Shown: positions 51,301 to 64,000 of the stretch, in pieces | Numbering within the stretch: the first letter of the stretch is position 1 | Layout: each line of letters begins with the position of its first letter | Source: Cenococcum geophilum | Lineage: Eukaryota | DNA: 64,000 bases | Assembly: GCA_050273025.1 (NCBI GenBank) | Contig: CP158635.1 | Location: 23,312,001-23,376,000 of the forward strand | Direction: 5' to 3' | The notes under the pieces: generated by a model | The model's database searches: none | What the model was told of the DNA's origin: nothing | The model's input: the letters and a program-made list of their open reading frames with translations, nothing else | Program-made: the position numbers and the translations under genes

Positions 51301-54300
51301 GCAAAATAGAAATGGAGTGTTTGTAGGAATAATATAGAAAGTAATATATCCTAAGGGGGTTTAGACCCTAATTATGCCGAGAGAGATCGCAGTACCCTTG
51401 CCAAAACGAATTGTATATTAGCCTACCATTAAATAGTTAATCTAAACAGAGTTATTAAGCTGCTAAAGGGCTTAAACTTAAGGTTCTCCTACTATAGATA
51501 CTCCTGCGGCTCTAGTATCTGGTATAATACTATAAAAGATATTCGCTGAGTATCTGTCGTCAAAGGAGAACACGGAGCTCTCTTTTGGCTTATTAAAGAT
51601 ATCTAACTTCGTGATAGAATGGAGCGTAGATTGGTTATTAAGAATAGCGACGGTTTATATACCATCTACCTTACCATACTTAGTGAAGTATTGGTTAGGA
51701 GAGTAGTTCTTAATTTCTATATCTATAAGGAGCTATTTAGTCTTATTAACCTTACCCTTAAGATCTTCTACGCCTTTATATTAAACCAGGAAGCTTTAAA
51801 AGTAGGCTATAGTAACCTTATAATTTCTAATATTTCTTATACTCTAACGGAACTTATTATATGCCTCTTTTCGCTTATTAAGGGAGTGTCTAGTTAACTA
51901 GTAATTTGGCTTCTTATAAACGTAGCACTTCTTCTAGTAATTACTTTGAAATTAACCTTTATAAGGACCTCCATAATTACCTTATAGTTAACGTTAATTA
52001 TACCCTTTACTATATTCTCTACCACGGCCGCCATATATTTAATTAGTTTAGTTATAATTATATTAGTCGGGAATGCTTAGTTGGGTAGGGCTTTTGGTAT
52101 AGAGCTATTGAGATTCTTATGTTTATATCGCAGTACCTACAGCGGAGCGTAGCTCGGTATATACTCCTTTAAACGTATCTATAGGTTTATATAGCGCTAA
52201 GTTGCACTTAGGAATGCTATAGCATGCTAAGATAACCTAGTCCCTTAAGCTGTTTTTATTTTAGTAAGTTTTAGTAAGTCCGCGTTAGATTTTCTAGAGT
52301 TTATTAAAGAGTAGTTAAAGGCACTCTAAATAAGTCTTTATTAGGTTAAAAGCAATAACTCTCTAAAATATAGTCTCTCGCCATTCGGATATATAAAGTT
52401 GGCGATTCTTATTAGTCTTAAAGTGGGCTCTAGTAGGCTGAAGCATTATATTAAAGCTATAGTTTTTACCCGTAATATAGTCGTAATAGAATATTACTAA
52501 CCGTCCCTTTAACATAATGGAGAAAGCGTAGTAGTACTAATGGTATTAAATTCTAACCTTATTGCAACAGTTATAAAAGACCTATAGTTTTGCTCTAAGT
52601 ATATTATATAATTCTCCTTTAAACTTCTTCTCTTTATCTAAATATACCTTTATTAAATTCATAACTTCTTATAATAAAGGGTTACCGGTTAGCTAGAGTA
52701 GAGGAGCTAAAAGCGGCAGAGGTGGAGAACGAGTACCTCTAGGTAGAAGAGCACCTCTAGGTGGAAAAGTAGCGTTCTAGGGGTTTTATTTTAAATTAAA
52801 GTTACCTTCTAAAGAATATAGGTTAGTTTTAGGTTTCCGTAGTTAACGTATAATCTTAGCTTCCGTCCATACTGGTTCTTCTATACTAGTAATAACGGCC
52901 TAAATATTACTAGTAATTAGGTTACTATTCTTAGTAATATATACCCCGTTTCTATAGAGGAAGTCTTAAAAATCCTAAATAATATTAACATTACTAAGTA
53001 CCTAGGTGTTAGCGGTCTATCCTATAAAATCCTCCCTAAAATATTCCTATAGCTGTATATCGGCGTAGTGTCTACTTTAGTAGAATATAATATAGTATAG
53101 GAGAAAGCTATTAACTTATTTTACGGTATAAGTTATTATATTAAAGGTAAATTTATCCTAATTTTTATTAATAAGTTTCGCGTATAAAGCTACCCCTAGT
53201 AGTAAGGAGTCTTCCTAGTCGTTTAAAGTAGGCATAGCTATGTTTTTAGAGGGAGGGAAGTGTTATTGGCGTAGGGATTGTTATTTAGTACGCGTTCGTG
53301 ATGTGTATTTGTCGTTTAGTACGCGTTCGTGACGTATATTTACGATTATAGGGCTTAGGACTAGTTCTGGCCTTAAATCGCGAAGACTCGTAAAGCGTGT
53401 TATTCTGCGTAATAGACGTAAGAATCTGTAATCTTAGAAAGGCTTAGGACTAGTTCTAGCCTTTAGATCCTTAAATTTGTAAAAGAGTTTTATTTAAGGT
53501 TTAGGACTAGTTCTAACCTTAAAAGACAGCTTCCTTTAGCACAAGTAGCACTAGTATAGTGGCTTGTTTCTTCTTAGTGGAATACCTAGCTGCTCTATAG
53601 TATAATAGTAAAGTTAACTATTAATTAGTGTTGGACTTATAAGGGGATATTACGTAGCTATGGTTTGTAGATAGTATAATAATTGTTATTCTTATTCTTT
53701 TAATTCTTAAAGAAAGGGGTAAGGAACTTAAGGTTCCTCACCACGCTAATGCCGCGGCGGCACGTGACGGCAACTTGCCGCACGTAACGGCAACTTGCTA
53801 CACGTGGTGGCAATATACCTTATATAGTGACCACTTGCCTTTATTCCTAATATATAGTTTAGGATGAAACCAGTAGAACTATATAACGAGGAATAGTAAC
53901 TAAAGTTATATAATATGCTACGTATTAAACGAGAGAAGTAGGAGAAACTTACGTACTTTATATATAAGACGTACCTTACATATAAGGAGGATTTCTTAGG
54001 AGTATGGTTATATATTTAAAGGACCACAGTCCCTACCTAAATAGTTCTTCTCTTTATAGTGAATCTCAGAATATAATTAGAGTTAGTCTGTTAGGCAACT
54101 ACTCCACTAGTTATATTTATGTTATTGACTATTCTATACCTATATACCTAGCCTATTAATAAGTCTACCGTAGTGTTTCCTATAAGGCTTTATTACACAT
54201 TTACTACCAAGGTTATAGTAAAAGAAGTTAAATAATATGCCACTAAAAGCAGTAGCTATAACGGCGTCTATAGCGGCGACTACCTTAGGATTAAGTAATA

Positions 54301-54971
54301 ACACCAGTATAGTAGATACTAACTCGCAACTAGTTACTATTGGATAGCTATAGGAAATAGTTAATCAATTAATAGATAATAATAGGATATTTAAAGAAAG
54401 GATTAATAGGATTAGAGTAGCTAAGGTTAAGTTACTCTTAATTAAGCGATTTTTAGGAGAGAAGTTAAAACTTAAAGGATTCCTTATATAAATACACTTT
54501 AAGGTTATATAGGAAAGAGTTAAACTAGGAACGCTTATAGATTAAGTCGCTTAAGTAGGATTATTCTTAATAAGAAGGGCACTTAAGTGGTTTAAACCTT
54601 ACCTTATAGAGGTATAGGAGTATAGCATAATAACTACTAACTAAGAGATACGGTATATATTTTTAAGTTAGAATAGGTTTGCGGAATAATTAACGTGTTA
54701 TAGTACTGCAATAAAGTAAACTAAATAACTACGTTATAGTATAAAGAGGGAAAGAAGGTGGAAAGGGGGTATTATATATAAATAGTAGGGCCGGCCGCTA
54801 AGTCACTAGTGGTAGGCTAGCTAATAGTAGGAAATAGTACGAGATAGTATAAAATAGTATGTGTTAGGTTAGTGCCGTAACAGTACTCCTCTCCCCTAGA
54901 TAGTTTAGTCCCTAAACTAAATAGATAATTTAAAAATAGGCAGTGTATAGGGTTGCCTATTTTTTACTATA

Positions 54972-55173
54972 AAGATATTAGCTCCGCTTACCGCCCTTAA
55001 ATAAGCTAATAGCAATTTTATATACCGGGCATGGAAAATCCTAATTAGTTAGTTTAGTAAGTAAGGTTAGCAAAACTCTATACCGCCACCTAAATTAATC
55101 CGCGTGGCGTTTCTTAGTAAGAATTTGGCTAATTAGACAACTTTAACCGCCGGTTAAAGTTCTATAATATCTT
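54972..55173. other. Multi-hairpin module in the 3' UTR of gypsy C, homologous to 46044-46226
   Basis: Closing stem AAGATATTA / TAATATCTT, a hairpin at 55014-55040, and the identical 23-nt hairpin at 55139-55161. Confidence 0.7.
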
Positions 55174-57700
55174 AACTACCATAAATTTTAATATAGTGGT
55201 TAGCCGCGACCTTAGCGTAACTTTTCCTTATCTTATACCCAGTTTAGGGGCCTTAGCTTCTTAGGGTGTTGCTTATAAAAGCGCTATACAGCTTATTTAT
55301 AACCCTTTAGGTCTTCCTCTAGCTGCTAGGTTATATCCTTATAATATTTCCATTTAATCTTATAAGTTAGGCCTTAGGGGTCTTTATTGTATATATTAAG
55401 GATTTTCTTAAACTCCCATTTATCTTCTATGTTGCCATTATTATCTCTCTCTACCACTTATCCTTATACATTACGGCGCTCTATAGTATTAATGTTTGCT
55501 TAGCTAAGAATTTCTTTAGCAGCTTAAAGGCGGACCTTAGATATATAAAAGGATTTATTTACTTAGATATAGTTTAGGAGGTCTACTATAACTACCCCTT
55601 AGTATACTACGAGTATAGGATACAGGCCGTCCCATTTATCGTCCTATTTCTTCTTAGGTCTATTTATCTTTATATTTTTTAAGCTAACTATAACTATATT
55701 GCCTTAGTAGAATAACGCGCTCTTATCCCTATGGGTATTAGCATTATCTTTATAGCATTGCTATAAAATCCGGGCTAGGGCCTTAAGCTATATTAATATC
55801 CGCTTAAAGCGGTTGGCTACAGAGTCTGCGTAGAAGAACTCCTTCTTTACTTATACTGATAGTGTTAGTAAGTGGGGGTTAGTAGGCTCAATTCTAAGGC
55901 AAGGGTTAAAGCTATAGTTTATAAAAAACGGGGAGATGCCTATACTCTCATTAACTTAGTTATTTATAGCAAACTTAGTAGGTAGCGGATGGTTAACCTA
56001 GTTATCCTATATAAAGCTAACAAAAGTATAGAGGTATTTATTTACGGCAGCGTTAATAATTTTAGTTTAGCCGTCTGTTTCTAGGTACTAGGCTAAGCTT
56101 AATCGCAAGATTATTTTAAGGCGTTTACTTAGTTATTGCTAAAAGTCGCTAATAAATTATATGCCGTAATTAGAGATAATCGTGCTTAGTATACCGTGGA
56201 GCTTATATACATTATTAATAAAGCCATTAACTAGCTCCTCTATTAAGAGTCCTATTACTAGAATAAGGTGTTGTATTTTAGTTAGGCGGTCTATAATAAT
56301 AAGGATATATTTATATACCTTACCGTAGCGTTAGTATACCGGTAGCGTTATAATATAGTTAATTAAGATATCGGTCTACGGGCGGGTAGGTAATTTTAGT
56401 AGCTTTAGAAAACCAGGTGGGGCAGAATAGGGGGTCTTAGTATAAAAGTATAGGGCATAGTCTTTAATAAAGGTAGCTATAAACTGGGAGATTCCTAGCT
56501 ACTAGTATATTTAGTTTAAGAGGTTAAGAGTCTTAACCTAACTAGGGTAATTAGCGGGGCCGCTGCTATAAGAGCGATGGGTAACTTTTAGGCGGAGGTC
56601 TAAGGCGTTAGAGATAAAGAGATATTAGCAGAAGTAAATCTGTCCGTTAATAATACTATATTCTAACTTATCGCAATAAAGTAATTTCCTAATTTTCTTT
56701 GGCTAATAGTAAGCTTTCCAATTATATAGGGCCGCTACTATATCTCTTACAAGTTCGTTCTCCTAGTATCCTAGCTAAATTAACTTATCTAGTAACCTTT
56801 TAGCTATTTTAGGGTCTAGAGCGGCTATAAACTCTGCGTTATTAAAGTTATGGGACTTATATAGTAATTCTTTTAAAATTATAGGGTTAACTTTCTAGGG
56901 TAGTATAACGACTTAGGCTTAGTAGCGGAGGCGTTTATTATTAGCGTCCTTAGGCCTTATTCCTAGTAGCCGGCTTAGGGCGTTAGGGAGCATAGCTTTA
57001 CTACTAGGTCTATATATAATTATAAAGTTAAACTGTAAAAGGAACTCTGCCTACTAGACTTAGTACTAATTTAGCTGCTTAGTAGTTATAAATGTCTATA
57101 GGTTTTTATAGTTAGTAATAATTTTAAACAGCTCCTTAGTCCCTTGTAGCTTAGGGCGCTATTCCTCTAAAGCCTTAACAATAGCTAAGAGTTCTTTATT
57201 ATAGATCTTATAGTTATACTTCGGCGCAGATTGCTTTATGGAGAAGAATGCGACCGGTTTTAATTTTCCGTTATTATTATACTAGGAAAGGACTCCGCCG
57301 GAAGCCTAATTTAATACATCTATCTCTACCACTGTTTTCTTTATATAGTTATAGTATACTAGTACTAGTGCTAAAGTAAAGGCTCCCTTAAGGGCCTTAA
57401 ACAATTTGGCTTATTTTAGTCCTTATAGCCATCTAATATCCTTCTTTAGGAGTTTTATTATAGGTATAGCGATGGTAGAGTAGCCTTAGATAAATTATTA
57501 GTAGAAGTTCGCAAAGCCGAGAAATTGTTATAGTTCTTTAATTAATATTATGTCCTTCTATTCCTATAAGGCCTATACCTTCTTAGGGTCCATAGTTATG
57601 CCGTTAGTTAAGATAATTAAGCCAAGGTATTTTATTTTAGTAGAGTAGAACTTAGACTTATTAATATTAATCTAAAGTCTAGCATTACCGAGTCTTTAGA

Positions 57701-57959
57701 TGTAAGGGTACTTTTAGTCCCTTACTTGGCTATATCCCGGGAGCTCTTAGGGGCTGCTAAGGCTAGCCTTCGGCTAGGCCTTGGCCACCCCTTATAAGCT
57801 CCTCGGGCTTGCAGCCTCCTTCCTCCCCCATCGGTTCGTCTCTCTGTACCTAGGCTATTGCCTACTCTTTACCATATCGTCCTCTTCCACCGACTCCCTA
57901 TATGACTTATGCTCGGCTTGCCTGCTCCCTACTATATACCCTAGCAATACTGCCTTATA
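57701..57959. mobile_element. Solo LTR (259 bp) inserted in the RT region of gypsy C
   Basis: TGTAAGG...CCTTATA(<CCTTACA) inverted ends and TSD TTAGA at 57696-57700 / 57960-57964. Confidence 0.85.
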
Positions 57960-60900
57960 TTAGATGACTTTATTTATATACTTAGTATACTTGGCGCGTA
58001 TTTTAGAAAAGATAAGGACGTTATTAAGGTAGATAGTATAGTAGTTATTAAGGGCGTTATATAGAATATGGTTAATATAGTTCTAAAATATAGCGGGTGC
58101 GTTATAGAGTCTAAACCGGGTAATAAATGCTATAAGCTACTTATAGCCCTTCGCAATCCGGATCTAGTTAAACGTAGTAATTATATTAAGTTTAGTAAAG
58201 TACTTAGCACTATAAAGTACGTTAAGTGTCTTGCGGATTAGTAGCAGTAGGTACCAATTCTTAATAGTAACTGTGTTTAAGCCTCGGTAGTTATAGTAGA
58301 TTTATATACCGCCGCCGGGCTTAGCGGCGAGGAGAAGTAGTACGGCAGCTAGTAAGGTTAATTTGTGGATAAAACCCCTATCCAGCATCTTATTAATCTA
58401 CTTCTTTACATACCTAAGTTTAGCAGGTAAGAGTGGTCTATTTTTATAGTATAGGGTCTAGTTTCTAGGGATAATCTTAATTTTATAGTCCTATAGTTAG
58501 TAAGGGGGCAGCTTATCTACGTTTTTAGGGAGGAAGTACTTAATATATTTATAAAACTCCTTTAGTAGGTGTTATAGAATGTCTTCGCGGGTCAATCCTA
58601 GTTTGCCTTTTAGGAATTTTTTAATATTAGTGTCGACTATCTTCCGACGTAAAAGCTTGGGTTTAGTTTTTAGATTTATCTTAAGGAAGTTATAGAAATA
58701 GAGGGAGAGCACTTTACGGGCTTTTTTTATCGTATAGTTGCCTTCTACTAGCTAGCGGAAAGACCTTTCTAATAGGTTTAGTACTTCTATTAGGCCTATA
58801 GGTAGCTCTTTAAGTAGCTATTAGTGCTTATCTTGTTTAGCTAGTTCTACTAGCTCCGCTATATAGATCCTTATTACCTTTACATCTTTTTATTTATAGA
58901 ACTAGGTAAAATTAATAGTATAAATGCATTTAATATTGTTTAGGTTAGGGCGTATCTAATTCTCTAGTGCTACGGCTGGGCTAGTACGGCTTAGTTAGCC
59001 TAGGGGGGCGGAAATAAGGCGGTAGCTTTATACGGTACGCGCGGAAGACGGGTATAAGGTTAGGCGTTACAGTGGCGCGGTTTCTATTATTTAGGTCTTA
59101 GTAGTTCTATAGCTAGTCCTTGCTATAATATAAGCTATAGTGTGCGTATATAGTATATAGCTTAGTTCTAAGTGTTAGGCTAGGCGGCTGGGGTTTAAAT
59201 AGTGCCTGGGTTAGGGTTGGATTCTTAGTAGTAGCGGCGCGAAGTAAACCTTCTTCTTTAGTCTCGGTAGGGCTAGCTGGCCCGTTATTTTGGTCTTAAG
59301 TGCTAGGGTAGTCTAGTCTTCTACTACCTTATTTCTTTATAGCTATACGGGCTCCCCTTTATTAGGAACGTCTTCTACTATTAGGGCTTTATATATAGTC
59401 CTAGGTACTAAGGTTAGTAGTGCTAAGTATCTATATAGGGCGTCCCTACTACTGTCGGTTATCCCCTATAGGAGGTAGTGCCTAGAGTAGTAGTCTAAGT
59501 TAAAGCGGATTTTAAGTTTCCTAAAGCTGGGATAGGGCTTGTGCTTCTAAAGCTAAGGTATACCTAGGATAATTAGGGTAGCGGGCGAGAGTTTAGTAAT
59601 AAAAAAGAGCATAGCTTTAGTATGGAGGCCGATTAATATTTAGGTGGTAAAGTAGTCCGTAATAAGCGAAGTTAGGATACTATCTATAAGGCGTAGTGGC
59701 CTAGGTGCCAGCAGCTTTTTAGTTATAACGTTATACTTTCTTATAATAGACTCTGCGTTGGTAAATGCTATTATAGTACTACTGGAGTCTACTATGCTTA
59801 CTATATTAATATAAACTTAGGGGTATAGGTTATATAATAAGGAGAGTTAGGTTTAAATAAGGATTAATTTCTTATTACTATTTACTAATCTAAAATTAAG
59901 TGGCAGCTTACTAATAGAAAGGATTAATTAATCTAGTAATAGGGACCTAATCTTCTTATCTTCCTCCTTATATAGTTTAAACCCTTAGATATAACTTAGT
60001 TTAAGGGTTTGCCTTTTAATAACTGGGGTATAGGGCTGTCTTAGCGGGGCGGTCCAATATCCGTCTAGCTGGTGGTGTTAGTCTTAGTCTTAGTTAGGGT
60101 ATAGGAAGATAATACCTTACCGACAACGTGGCTATATTCGTATTCGCTAGCACGGAGTTGCTAATACTAGGCGTTGTTAATAGGTTGGGCTCCTATATAA
60201 GGTATAGTTTAGAGTAACTAAGCCGTAGGGTTAAAGGGGGGGGGGTTATCTACCGCGTCTATAATAGACTCCACAGTTACCACATCCGCGGTTATTAGTT
60301 CGCGTTATTTAATAGGGTGGCATTAGGACTGGGTTTACTATCTTAGAGGGGTTATAGGTATCCTTTTAGTGGCCGGGCAGGCCATAGGTAAGGTATAGTC
60401 TATTATTAACACGGCGCTTACGCTCCGTGTCTAAGATTCTATTAAGGTCTATAGGTTCTTTAGTTACTGCTAGGGTTAGGGTTAATATAGGGGCAGGGGC
60501 TTAGGTAGGTAGGCGGTGGTTAGTGTTCTTCTTAAGGTTAACTTAATATATATAGTTTGTAAGGTTCTTAGCGAATATATCTATCTACTTACTCTAACCT
60601 ATATAGTCACTATTATTAATTTTATAGGTAAGTCTAAGTACTAGCTCTTCTATCTTTAGAGAGATAAACTTTTAGAGTAGGTCTACTTTCTGTTTGTCCG
60701 TCTTCTTAGCGCGGACTATTAGCTTATTAAGCTCTCCCTTTTAGGACCAGTAATTATACTCGCCCTAGGGGAAATGGTTACGCTTATTCTTTATAACCTG
60801 GGTTATATTAAGGACCTTATAGCGGGTAGTAAGGTCTTTAAGTATATCTTCCTTAGTGGGCCATTTCTACGCAGATATATTGTTTAGGTTCTCGTGTATA

Positions 60901-63014
60901 AGCTCTAGGCCCTACTTAATAAACTTATAGGCCTTGTTCTCTAGTATGTCCGAGATATAAAGGATCTAGGACTAAACTATATTAAAGTAGTCCTAGTCCC
61001 GGTTAAAGACTCCCTTAATCTTAATATGCTAGGTCTTAAAATTAGCTTATTATTCTAGTAGGGTGCCTTTTCCGCTAAATATTAGCGGGTCTTTAGATCT
61101 CCATTTTTTCTGCTAGGTTACTACTATTATTATAGGGGTTAATTATTTTAGAACGGCGATAGTCTCTACCTAGGAGTTAATAGTTCCTATCTAGGAAGCA
61201 ATAAGGGCACTAAGGTTTTTATTAGCTTTCTTATTGGCGGTATTTGTGTTATATATATACTGTAGTTCTACTTTAATGTTATTAAGGAACTTATTAGTAT
61301 AGTTAATAAGGGTAAGGTAAGCTTTACTAGGCTTAAAGGTTTTAGGGTACAATAGGGAGCGGCGGATTATCCACGTAATATTAGGGTATGTCTTTATAAA
61401 GAGGTCTATAAAAACGTTACAGGGGTTCTAGGTTTTAGCTATTTTGGCGTTATTAGTGTCGCCTATTTAGGCGCTAGGTAAAAACTAAGAATTATTCTAG
61501 GACTGTGCTGGGGACGTATTAGTTTTAGCAGAGGTGCGTGTAGGTCGCGATTGCTCTAGGGCGGAGGTTAATTGGCTGGGGTATAAGGAATCAGTGATTG
61601 CGATAGGGCGCAAATTAAAGATACCACAAACTGTTATAGTGCTGCAATAAAGTAGACTAAATAACTACGTTGTGGTATAAAGAGGGAAAGAAGGTAGAAA
61701 GGGGGTATTGTATATAAATAGTAGGGCCGGCCGCTAAGTCACTAGTGGTGGGCTAGCTAACAGTAGGAAACAGTACGAGACAGTATGAAACAGTATGCGT
61801 TAGGTTAGTGCCGTAACATAACGTAAATATTTGGAGACCTAGAGGTAACCACTATAGTAAAAAGAAAGCTTTAAAACCTAGTATAAAGAACTTTAATAAT
61901 TAAGTATACGACGTAGTTTTAAATATTAGTAATATAGGTTAAATAGAATAATAAGGCGCTTATAGCATAGTATAAATAGGGACTTAAAGCAAAAGTTTAA
62001 GATGTAATTATTCTAATAAAAGATACGGATACTCTTAGGGATTTAATTAATTAAGTAATTAAGATTAATAATAGGATCTACTAAAGAGAGCAGACTAAGA
62101 AGGGTTAGGATAGAGTTCTATAGTCGTATAAGGCGCAGGGCACGTAATAATAAAGTTAAAGTTAAAAACTATAGTATAGCGCAGAGCTAATAGACCTAAG
62201 TAGTACTAAAGAAAATAAAGAAATAGAATAAACGACTATAGAAACCTAAAGGATAAGGATTAAGTAATTAAAGGTCTAAGGAGCAGAGGCCAAACTAGGG
62301 ATTTTAATAGCAGAAGACGTTTAGGCGGACTCTATAGTAAGAAAAATGGTTTAAAAAAGGGGCTTATATAAATTACAGAAAATAGGGTTATTACATTAAA
62401 GACTATAGAAGTGGTTAGAGTTACTATATAGTAAAAGGAACGAGACTAGTAGATAATATATACGTATAAAGGGATAGTAATATACTACGAGGAACAAAAG
62501 AGTGTTTAATTAAAAGTTTTGCGTTTTATTATAATAACATATACTAAATTTATAAGAATACTAAGTATAGCGTAAGCTATTAGCTATAAAAGCTAAAATT
62601 ATTAGAGTTTAGAGGAACTAATAAACTATCTTATAATTAGATATTAAGGATAATAAATTTAACATAGGCAAAATATTTAGTAATAATAAGGTAATAAAGG
62701 TAGCTTACTAGGAGTATATAGACCTTAGAGATGTTATAAAAGAGGTAAAGGATAATTCCACTATAGAATAAGGAACATTAGTAGGGATTAAAACCCCACT
62801 AGATATAATATCTATCACTTTACAAGATATAAGAGGATAGTGAACTACTTTGGCACTTAATAAAGGCAAAAGGCTAAAGGCTTAAGATTCTTAAGACGAG
62901 ATAAGAGACGACTAAAATTCTTAAGATGAGATAAGGTAAGCTTAAGGACCTATAATAGATAATAACTAATAGAGTAGAGTAACGGCTTAGTTTAGTAATA
63001 TATAAATAAGCTTA

Positions 63015-63442
63015 ACGTAGTCTGCGGGCATGTGGCCATTGCGGGCATGTGGCCACCCTACCAAAATCACCAAAAAACCTAAAAAATCGTTCTTTAATAT
63101 TTTAACAATGGCTTAATAATAAATTATAAAAATTTATAATTAGACTCTTATACTCACTTTAAGACCTCTATTAAAGTTTTAAAGTAATTTAATAAGTAGT
63201 TCTTAAGATATAATAATTAGGCTTAAATTTAAAAGCTAAATTATAATATATTAATAATAACTAAACTAATTACTTTAAAACTTTAATAGAGGTCTTAAAG
63301 TAAGTATAAGAGTCTAATTATAAAATTTTATAATTTATTATTAAGCCGTTGTTAAAATATTAAAGGGCGGTTTTTTGGGGTTTTTGGTGATTTTGGTGGG
63401 GTGGCCACATGCCCGCAATGGCCACATGCCCGTAGACTACGT
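63015..63442. mobile_element. 428-bp MITE (Tc1/mariner-pogo type) with ~175-bp TIRs, inserted in B2 gag
   Basis: ACGTAGTC...GACTACGT ends, TIRs at 63015-63189 / 63268-63442, each with a doubled GCGGGCATGTGGCCA-type motif. The TA TSD is confirmed by the empty site in B1 (~41165). Confidence 0.92.
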
Positions 63443-64000
63443 TAGGACGAAGTTTCCTAAAGGCACAAAACCCTTAAGATAAGATAAGTAAGATTTAAGA
63501 CTTTTAAAATGAGATAAGAATACTATAGAAGCCTAGTTAGACTAAGGCTAGAGTAAAGCTTAAGATAGAAGTAAGCTTAGGATTAAGAATCTTATAGAAC
63601 TAAGATTTTTAGATATAAATAAGGACTATTAAATAAACTAAAATTAAGAAGTAAGAAGACTTTAAGGATCTACTTATAAGGCAAAAACTAAAAGAAACTA
63701 TAACAGAATTTAGATAAAGAATTATCGTATAGTAAGAATAGAAACTAGATTAAAGAACTAGTATACTAGGTTGTATAAGGGATAGAGCACTTATATAGAG
63801 AATTACTAATAAACCTAGGGCAGGCATACTAAGGGCTAAGTGGCTTATTAAACTAGAAGATAAAGAGGATCCAGGAATCCTAACTAGGTTTAAAAAATGA
63901 TATATAAAGGGCTGTTATAATATAGTAATAAGAAGATACTTCCTTACGGATAAGCTATATATACTCCAGCAGCTGTATTAAAAGTGATATAGGTAGCAAC

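Larger units (their letters stand above)
45656..53852 (-). mobile_element. Full-length Ty1/copia element B, RIPed; 224-bp LTRs at 45656-45879 and 53629-53852
   Basis: Direct-repeat LTRs TGTTGG...CCTAA(C/T)A with a RIP-altered 5-bp TSD TATAA/TATAG. On the minus strand integrase (RQLHRCFGH near 51120) precedes RT (VLKPLYRI near 49455; DIT(Q)AYTQ near 49560). Confidence 0.9.
54696..61818 (-). mobile_element. Full-length Ty3/gypsy chromovirus C, RIPed; 187-bp LTRs at 54696-54882 and 61632-61818
   Basis: Direct-repeat LTRs, TSD TAACG and PPT AGGGGAGAGGAG near 54886-54897. VLLLAAKPGGG near 58330, IYL(D)(D)VLIFS near 58020, ETDG(Q)T near 56075, chromodomain near 55300-55410. Confidence 0.95.
45577..64000 (+). 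mobile_element. Second copy of gypsy family B (B2): 5' LTR 45577-45655 + 53853-~54197, gag from 54237; interrupted by copia B, gypsy C and a MITE; continues past the right edge
   Basis: The fragments match the reverse complement of the B1 LTR and gag (ATGCCAC(C/T)AAAAGCAG; 61824-64000 versus ~42365-40500). Confidence 0.9.

Noticed and set aside
54972..55173. Assignment of the shared module to a hammerhead or hairpin ribozyme
   Set aside because: I could not place a complete CUGANGA/GAAA core. The AGAAAC..GGTATA resemblance to a hairpin-ribozyme loop occurs only in the gypsy copy. It is left as an unclassified structure.
27570..57963. Short ORFs in AT-rich DNA (27570, 29222, 30911, 34677, 40508, 51619, 57781)
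   Set aside because: They are chance stop-free pieces of RIPed transposon sequence or its antisense strand, not independent genes.
1..64000. Alternative genetic code or stop-codon readthrough to explain the many TAA/TAG codons
   Set aside because: The stops fall at CAA/CAG/TGG positions alongside pervasive C>T and G>A changes confined to repeats, which is RIP. The esterase uses the standard code.

Overview
This is filamentous-ascomycete (Pezizomycotina) genomic DNA. About 80% of it is nested transposable elements heavily mutated by RIP (TpA-rich, CpA/TpG-poor, stop-ridden ORFs). Two divergently oriented copies of a Rep-PIF1 Helitron (613-13376 minus, 24817-~32350 plus) bracket an ~11 kb largely un-RIPed island. 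The island holds an intact 3-exon carboxylesterase, a secreted But2-like gene with one nonsense codon, three NLR fragments (two TPR tails and one abhydrolase-NACHT), a Tc1 element, a CCACCTGG motif array and a palindromic MITE. The rest is a stack of Ty3/gypsy and Ty1/copia elements, solo LTRs, an ORF1-only LINE derivative and a second MITE, most with readable target-site duplications (TSDs). Four observations stand out: (1) two different chromodomain gypsy families each carry an antisense, intron-containing gene for a Zn2Cys6-like protein between pol and the polypurine tract (PPT); (2) a multi-hairpin module is shared by the 3' UTRs of a copia and a gypsy element; (3) a LINE-like insert with TSD and poly(A) has no ORF2; (4) the Helitron has asymmetric terminal inverted repeats. 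All coordinates were read by eye. Protein calls in RIPed DNA rely on mentally reverting C>T/G>A changes; reverted residues are shown in parentheses.
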